Shown here piece after piece: positions 56,501 through 62,500 of a DNA stretch of 64,000 nt. Under the pieces are notes generated by a model that worked only from the letters and a program-made list of their open reading frames with translations, ran no database searches and was not told the DNA's origin. Within the stretch, counting starts at the first letter, position 1; each line of letters opens with the position of its first letter. The stretch covers positions 1,984,001 through 2,048,000 of the forward strand of contig CAKKNE010000006.1 of NCBI GenBank assembly GCA_918797485.1, read 5' to 3'. Both the position numbers and the translations under genes were made by a program. This stretch comes from Pelagomonas calceolata (Eukaryota).

Positions 56501-59500
56501 ACTTCAGCGCCGTCCTCACGGGCGCCGCGGCGCTGGAGCTGACGGCGAAGACCAATTTGAGGCAGCTGAACTATGAGATTATCGTCCCGTCGGACGTCGT
56601 CGCGCCGGCCTACGGCCTGAGTTCGTACAACGACGTCGCGCTGCACCTGGCGCCGCGGGGCGCCGCATCGACAAACGAGAGGGACTGGGTCGCGTCCGTC
56701 GACGTGCACTTCCCGACGCCGGTCTGTTCGTTGGTCGACGCGGTCAACGCGTCCGTCTGGATCGGCCGGGGCGCCGTCGACACGGTCATGGAGCGGTTCG
56801 ACCTGGCGGACACCTTCAAGAATCGTGCCTTCGCGAGGACCCCCGCGGCGGCCGACGTTCGTGCCTCTTCGCTGGCCTACGACGCGACGTCCTTCCGGAT
56901 ACGTCGGCCGACGGGCGCCGACACGTCCATCAGCAAGGACCTCCCCCTCAATGTCTACGTGCAGTTCCGGCTGTCCGAGGACTTGGCCCCCGGCGACGAG
57001 GTCGAGGTCTGGCTGCCGCGCTTCCGGCTGTCGAACCCCGACCAGCTGATGCCGTGGGTCCCCATCGACCGGGGCCTCCCGGTCGACACGCGGTGGCAGG
57101 CCCAATTCGTGAGCGTCGCGTCCAGCTCTTTAAGCGCGGCGCGGCCGCGCGAGGGCGAGTTCGGGGTCGTCTTGAGGCTGAACGCCACGGAGGGGTTGCC
57201 GCGCGACGGCTTCGCGGCCGTCGCGGTCGCCACGGCTTTGGAAGGCGGTGTGGACCTGCTCCCGCCGGAGGACCGCCTGCGGCCCTATCGGGCGGAAGGC
57301 CTCGACGACCGCGTCACGCTCTCGTCGACGTCACCAAACTGCCCGCTGCCGCCGACCGTATTACGGGGCGCGCCGCGCTTCGGCCTGCAGGGGGCCTCCG
57401 TCGACATTTATGGATATAGTGGAGGCGCGCGGGACGCGTCGATCGGCATCCCGGGCGAGCCCGCCAACGCTTTGTTGGATACGGCGCCCTCATTAGATAC
57501 TTCCGTGGAACTAGCGCTGACCTTCGACAGTAGCTGCGATTTGACGGAAGGCGATGCCATCACGTTCTCGCTGCCAGCCTTCCGCGGGGCCGACGTCGCC
57601 GACGAGGCCAAGGTCGACTACGCCGGGGCGGACGCGGCGAAGCCGCGCCTGCCGTCGGCGACCTTCGACTTCGCCTTCACGGGCGGCGGCACGGACCAAG
57701 CCAAGGTCGTCCTCACGGCGTCGTCGCACGCGGCCGCGGGACCGCGCACGTTGACGCTAGGTGCTTCTTATGGTTTGAGACCGCCGCCCCAGGGCCTACC
57801 GCGGGGCCCCGTCGGCCTCACGGCGACCATCTCCAGCAATTGCACGGGCGGCGCATTGAATCCCGTGCCGCTCGACGCCGCCCCCTCCTACGGCACGTTC
57901 TCGAACGCTTCCCTAGCCTTCGAGCCGTCGACGGCGAATGCCCTGGCGACGATGGTCCTCGAGGTGGCGCCCACGTCCTCCCTGGAGCCGGGCGACTCCT
58001 TGAATGTCTGGGTGCCCGGCTTTAGTTTCACGGCGCCCCTCGGCGGGTCGCTCGACGACGTCGCCTTCGCCTCGTCCTCGTCCGCGGAGTTGCGCGTGCA
58101 ATACGTCGAGGGGAGCTTCGGGAGCGTCGAACTAGGTGCCCTGAAGGTCGCGGACGGGGGCTACTTGCGACGGGATTCCGACGACCCGGAGACGCCCGCG
58201 GGCCTGGAATCCATGCGCGCGAAGGTCAACGAGGCGCTTGCTTCATCACAATTGTACGAAGAGACGCCGCCGCAAATACTGGACGTACGGGCGGCGTTGT
58301 ACGCGGCGCCCGGCGGCGGCGACGACCAGAGCGCGCTCCGCGGTACGAGTATCTGCGCGGGCGAACTCATCCCCATCTTCGTCGTTTTTGATAAAGATGT
58401 GTCCGTGTATGCGTCCTCGAGAACGTCGCCGCCCTACGCCCTGGAATTAGATGTTGGCAACGGTAGAACGGTATTAGCGCCGCTGTCGACGGGCGTCCAC
58501 GGCTGGTCTACGACGAAGAATCTGGGGAGTAGATATTTGAGGTTTGACTACGTGGTCGGCGAAGGCGACTACTCGAAAGATTTAGCGCCGATCCACACGC
58601 AAGCTTTAGTACGAGACCCCTTACAACCGACGGCCGCGATCAGAAGAGCCGTCGGCGAGGAAGTAGAAGTCCCGGGGCTGCCGGGCCTGTACTACATGCC
58701 CGACGCGTTCCGGACGCCGGTCAACGCGAACCTGAGTCTGCCCATCCTTGGGCGGCTAGCTAGAGATGCGGCCGACGACGCGGCGTTCGGCCGGAGGCCC
58801 CTGCATGTGGACGGGCGGTTCGACGTGAGCGTTGTTTCGGTGGCAACAGCGAAGAACATGAGCACGGCGGAGTGGCCCGTGTTTGGTGCTGGTGAAATCT
58901 TGGATATAGATATCACGTTCGATCGAGACGTCGAGGTCAACGGTGTGCCCACGCTAAACATCCAGGGCGGCGGCGTCGCCTATTATACGAGAGGCGGTTC
59001 CGTACAAATCGTCGACGTCGGGGTAAGAGCGGTACCGGCCATCCAGAGCGGCGCGTGGGAACTTACGTACGGCCCTCTCACGGCCGGCTGTTTAGACTGG
59101 GACGCGACGGCGAAGGACGTCCAGAATGCCCTGGCGAAGATCGGGGTCTTCGTGTCGAATAATTATGATCCGGACAACGCCCCCGCGGTTTTACGATCCA
59201 TCGAGTCGTATTCGCTGGGAGGTGGGAGAAGGACGGTCTTCCACTTCCACCCCGACGCGGCCGCGGCCGCGATTGAGGTGGCGACGCGGCCCTTCTGCCT
59301 TCCCCTGAGTCCCAACTCGCCGGGTGCCACAGCAGCTAGGGCACCCTCACCAGTAGCTACCTTCCGCTACCAGACGAGGAAGGCCGACGCGTTACGGTAT
59401 CTAGCCATTAAATCAGAGGACGCCCTGGAATTGCATGGTGTGTACGTGAAGGACGAGTACGTGCCCGACGAGATTTTAGCGAGGACGACGTACTCGAGGC

Positions 59501-62500
59501 GGCCGGCCTCTCTGGTTCTCCCGGAGGCCACGTGGGACTTGGAAGTTTCCAAAATCGCGGTCAACGGTTCCGAGGCATCGGTAATAGACCTCTCGACGGA
59601 CGCGACGCATCCGCTCGAGGCGGGCGACGAGGCGCACGTGATCGTCATCTTCGACGCGCCCGTGTTCGTCGACGAAGACGCGTTTGATACGTTAAAGCTC
59701 TCGGTCATGGTCGACTCGGCCTTCGGGGTGTCGTTGCCCGAGTTCGTGACGCGCGTCTGCTCCTATAGGAAGGGCAACGGCACGGCCTCGCTCTATTTCA
59801 ATTTTTCCGCGGTCGAGGGCGACTCGGCCGTCGCGGTGCGCGCGGAGGCCGACGCCCTGGTGACGACGGGCTGGGTTAGAAGACGTGCTCTGCCGGTGGC
59901 GACGCAGAGTGTAGATTTGAGGGTGCCCTCCTACAAGGGCTGGCGAGAAATTTTATCTGTTGATGGAACCAAACCAGCAAAAGTTATGACCGTGTACAGT
60001 GTCGACCCCATTGAAGCGTTATATGAGCCGGTGATGCTCGGGTCCGGTGATCTCCTCGTCATAGCCGTACGGTTCAACAAGAAGGTGAAATTTGGACGCG
60101 CGGACGGGTCGCCGGTCGAACCGACCGAAGAACGCTTCGGGGACAAGAGCGACTGGCTGCATCTGACGCTGCGGACGGGCCGCATGCTCAACGGCACGAC
60201 GTGGGTCAACGGCACGTACAACGAAAATGGCACGAAGGCGCAGCCCTACGCCTGGCTCCATGAGTATGATGGAAACGGTACCAATACTTTATATTTTAAA
60301 TATATAGTGCAGCCGGCGGACAACTGGAACGACGGCTACCTGAACTACGCCGGGATGCATTCGTTGGAGCTCGGCGAGGGGGTTATACTGGATACGGACG
60401 CGGTCTCGGGATATGGGGAAGCGAATATCGAATTATGTCCCGCTTGTGCCTCATCAAAAGCATTAAACGTGTCGTCGATGCTTATTATCGATACGGTGTC
60501 GACGCCGCGCATCATCGATGCGTATGGCTCCACCGCCTTAATAGACCCTCTGATCGAGGACGACTCGGAAGCGCTGAAGAACGCCTCGGAACGGGCCGAA
60601 TTCTACCGGCGGGCCGCCATCGACGGGTTGCGGGGGCCCGTGCGGGCCTACGACAAGAAATGGAAGGAGCTGAACTACGAGCCCGTGACCTATACCGTCG
60701 GCGACGTCGTGCGACTCGAGGTGGACTTCACGGCGGGAGTCAGCTGGCTGGCCGAGGAATCGCCGCCGCCTCGCTTATACATCGACGGACTCGTCGGTCG
60801 GTACCGCGAATTACAGGACCTGTTCCCGGACGACTACACGTTCGCGAAGTACGTCTCGGGCAACGGCACGAGGTTCCTGCGCTTCGAGTGGGAGGTGCCC
60901 GACGAGAACCCGCTGGTCCACGCGCCTCTGCCCTCGACCGGTGTGGGGAGGCTCGGGTATCGCGGCGTGCGCGCGCTCGTCGATTCTAACGTGAAACTAC
61001 GTCGAGCGGCCTTCGGCGACGCCTTCCTCGGAACGCCTCTGATCCGGAATCCCGAGCTAGGGTTGTTGTCGATGTACCTGCCGCCCTCGGAGAAGTCGCC
61101 CCTGGAGCACTACTACGAGATTCGCATCGACGGGGCCAAGCCGAAAATTATAGATGTCAAATTATCAAAGCACTCGTCGATGGTGCGAGATGCGGGATTA
61201 GCGGTGGGCGTCAGTGCCTTTACGACGGGCGACACCATAGACATCACCGTCGTCTTCTCTGCGGCTGTTGTGGTTGAGGGCGTGCCGACGCTCCTCCTAA
61301 ATGCGAGGGGCGGCGAGCCGCGGTCCACGGATGAAGACCCGCCCTACGCTTATTATTTAAGTGGTTCGGGGACAAATGAGCTGACCTACAGGTACACGGT
61401 GATTCGAGGCGACGACGTGAATGCGCTAAGTCATGCGACCACGCAACACGAGTGCTTCGCCGGTCTGGTGCGGGAGCAGGAAGGATTGCCACTTACGAGT
61501 GGTCTCAACGACACCGAAAGACTAAGCTTAGCCATGACCGTGCGCTGGCCCCACGGCATCACGTGCCCCCGGACGCTCATTCCGGGCCTGGAGCAGCCGG
61601 TGCTATCCATCCTGCGGAAGGCGGAGACGCCGACGATTTCCGCAGATTTGACACTGCCGATGCCGGGCTACCACGTTTTTGCGTACGACAACAATCAGAT
61701 CGAAGCTGTTACGTCGTTAGAGGCCTCCGAGGTCGCCTTATCGGCCACGTCTCTGGAAGGCGATCTCGTGAGCGTCGACACCGCAGCTCCCGTGGTATTG
61801 CATGTGACCTCGCCGAACAAAGATGACGTGTACGGCGACAAGGCGCTCATCACGCTCTATGTCACGTTCTCGGCGCCCGTCGTGATCACGGGCCACAAAG
61901 TCGTCGGCGAGTTGCAACTAGCCTTGACGACGGGGACGGGCCCTGCCTACTACGTCCGAGGGAATGGTACCGCAGTGCTCGAATTTGAATACAACGTCGA
62001 GTACGGCGATACGACGACCGGTTCTTTGGATTACGCCGCGGATACAGAAAAACTGAAAGCTTTGACTTTCTACGAGACGGGCATACCAGAAACGCAGGAA
62101 GCGAAGGCCAACGAGAACGTCGCGTGCAACCTGCGGGGGAGGCAGTGCGAGTTCGTCGCGCAAGGTGGTACTATTGGCGATAGCGGTCCGGACGGCGGCA
62201 CGTCCCATTCTCTGTATATTAATCAAACTGAATCTTTGATAATAACGCAGAAGGTCGTGCCCATCTATCCCAGCGGCGTGTATCGGAGGTTATTAGCGGG
62301 CGCGGACGTCGGCGAGGCGCGGGCGTCGGGCGTGCTTGCGGAACTCAATCTGCCGGCACCGGGACCTCGGAAGACGGTGGCCGACTATGGCAGTCTAGTC
62401 GGCCAAGGGAGGCAAATCATCATCTCCGCCGTGTCGCTTAAAGTATTAGAGGTCTTCGCGGCGAACGGGACTTATGGCGTCGGGTCGCAGATCCACATTG

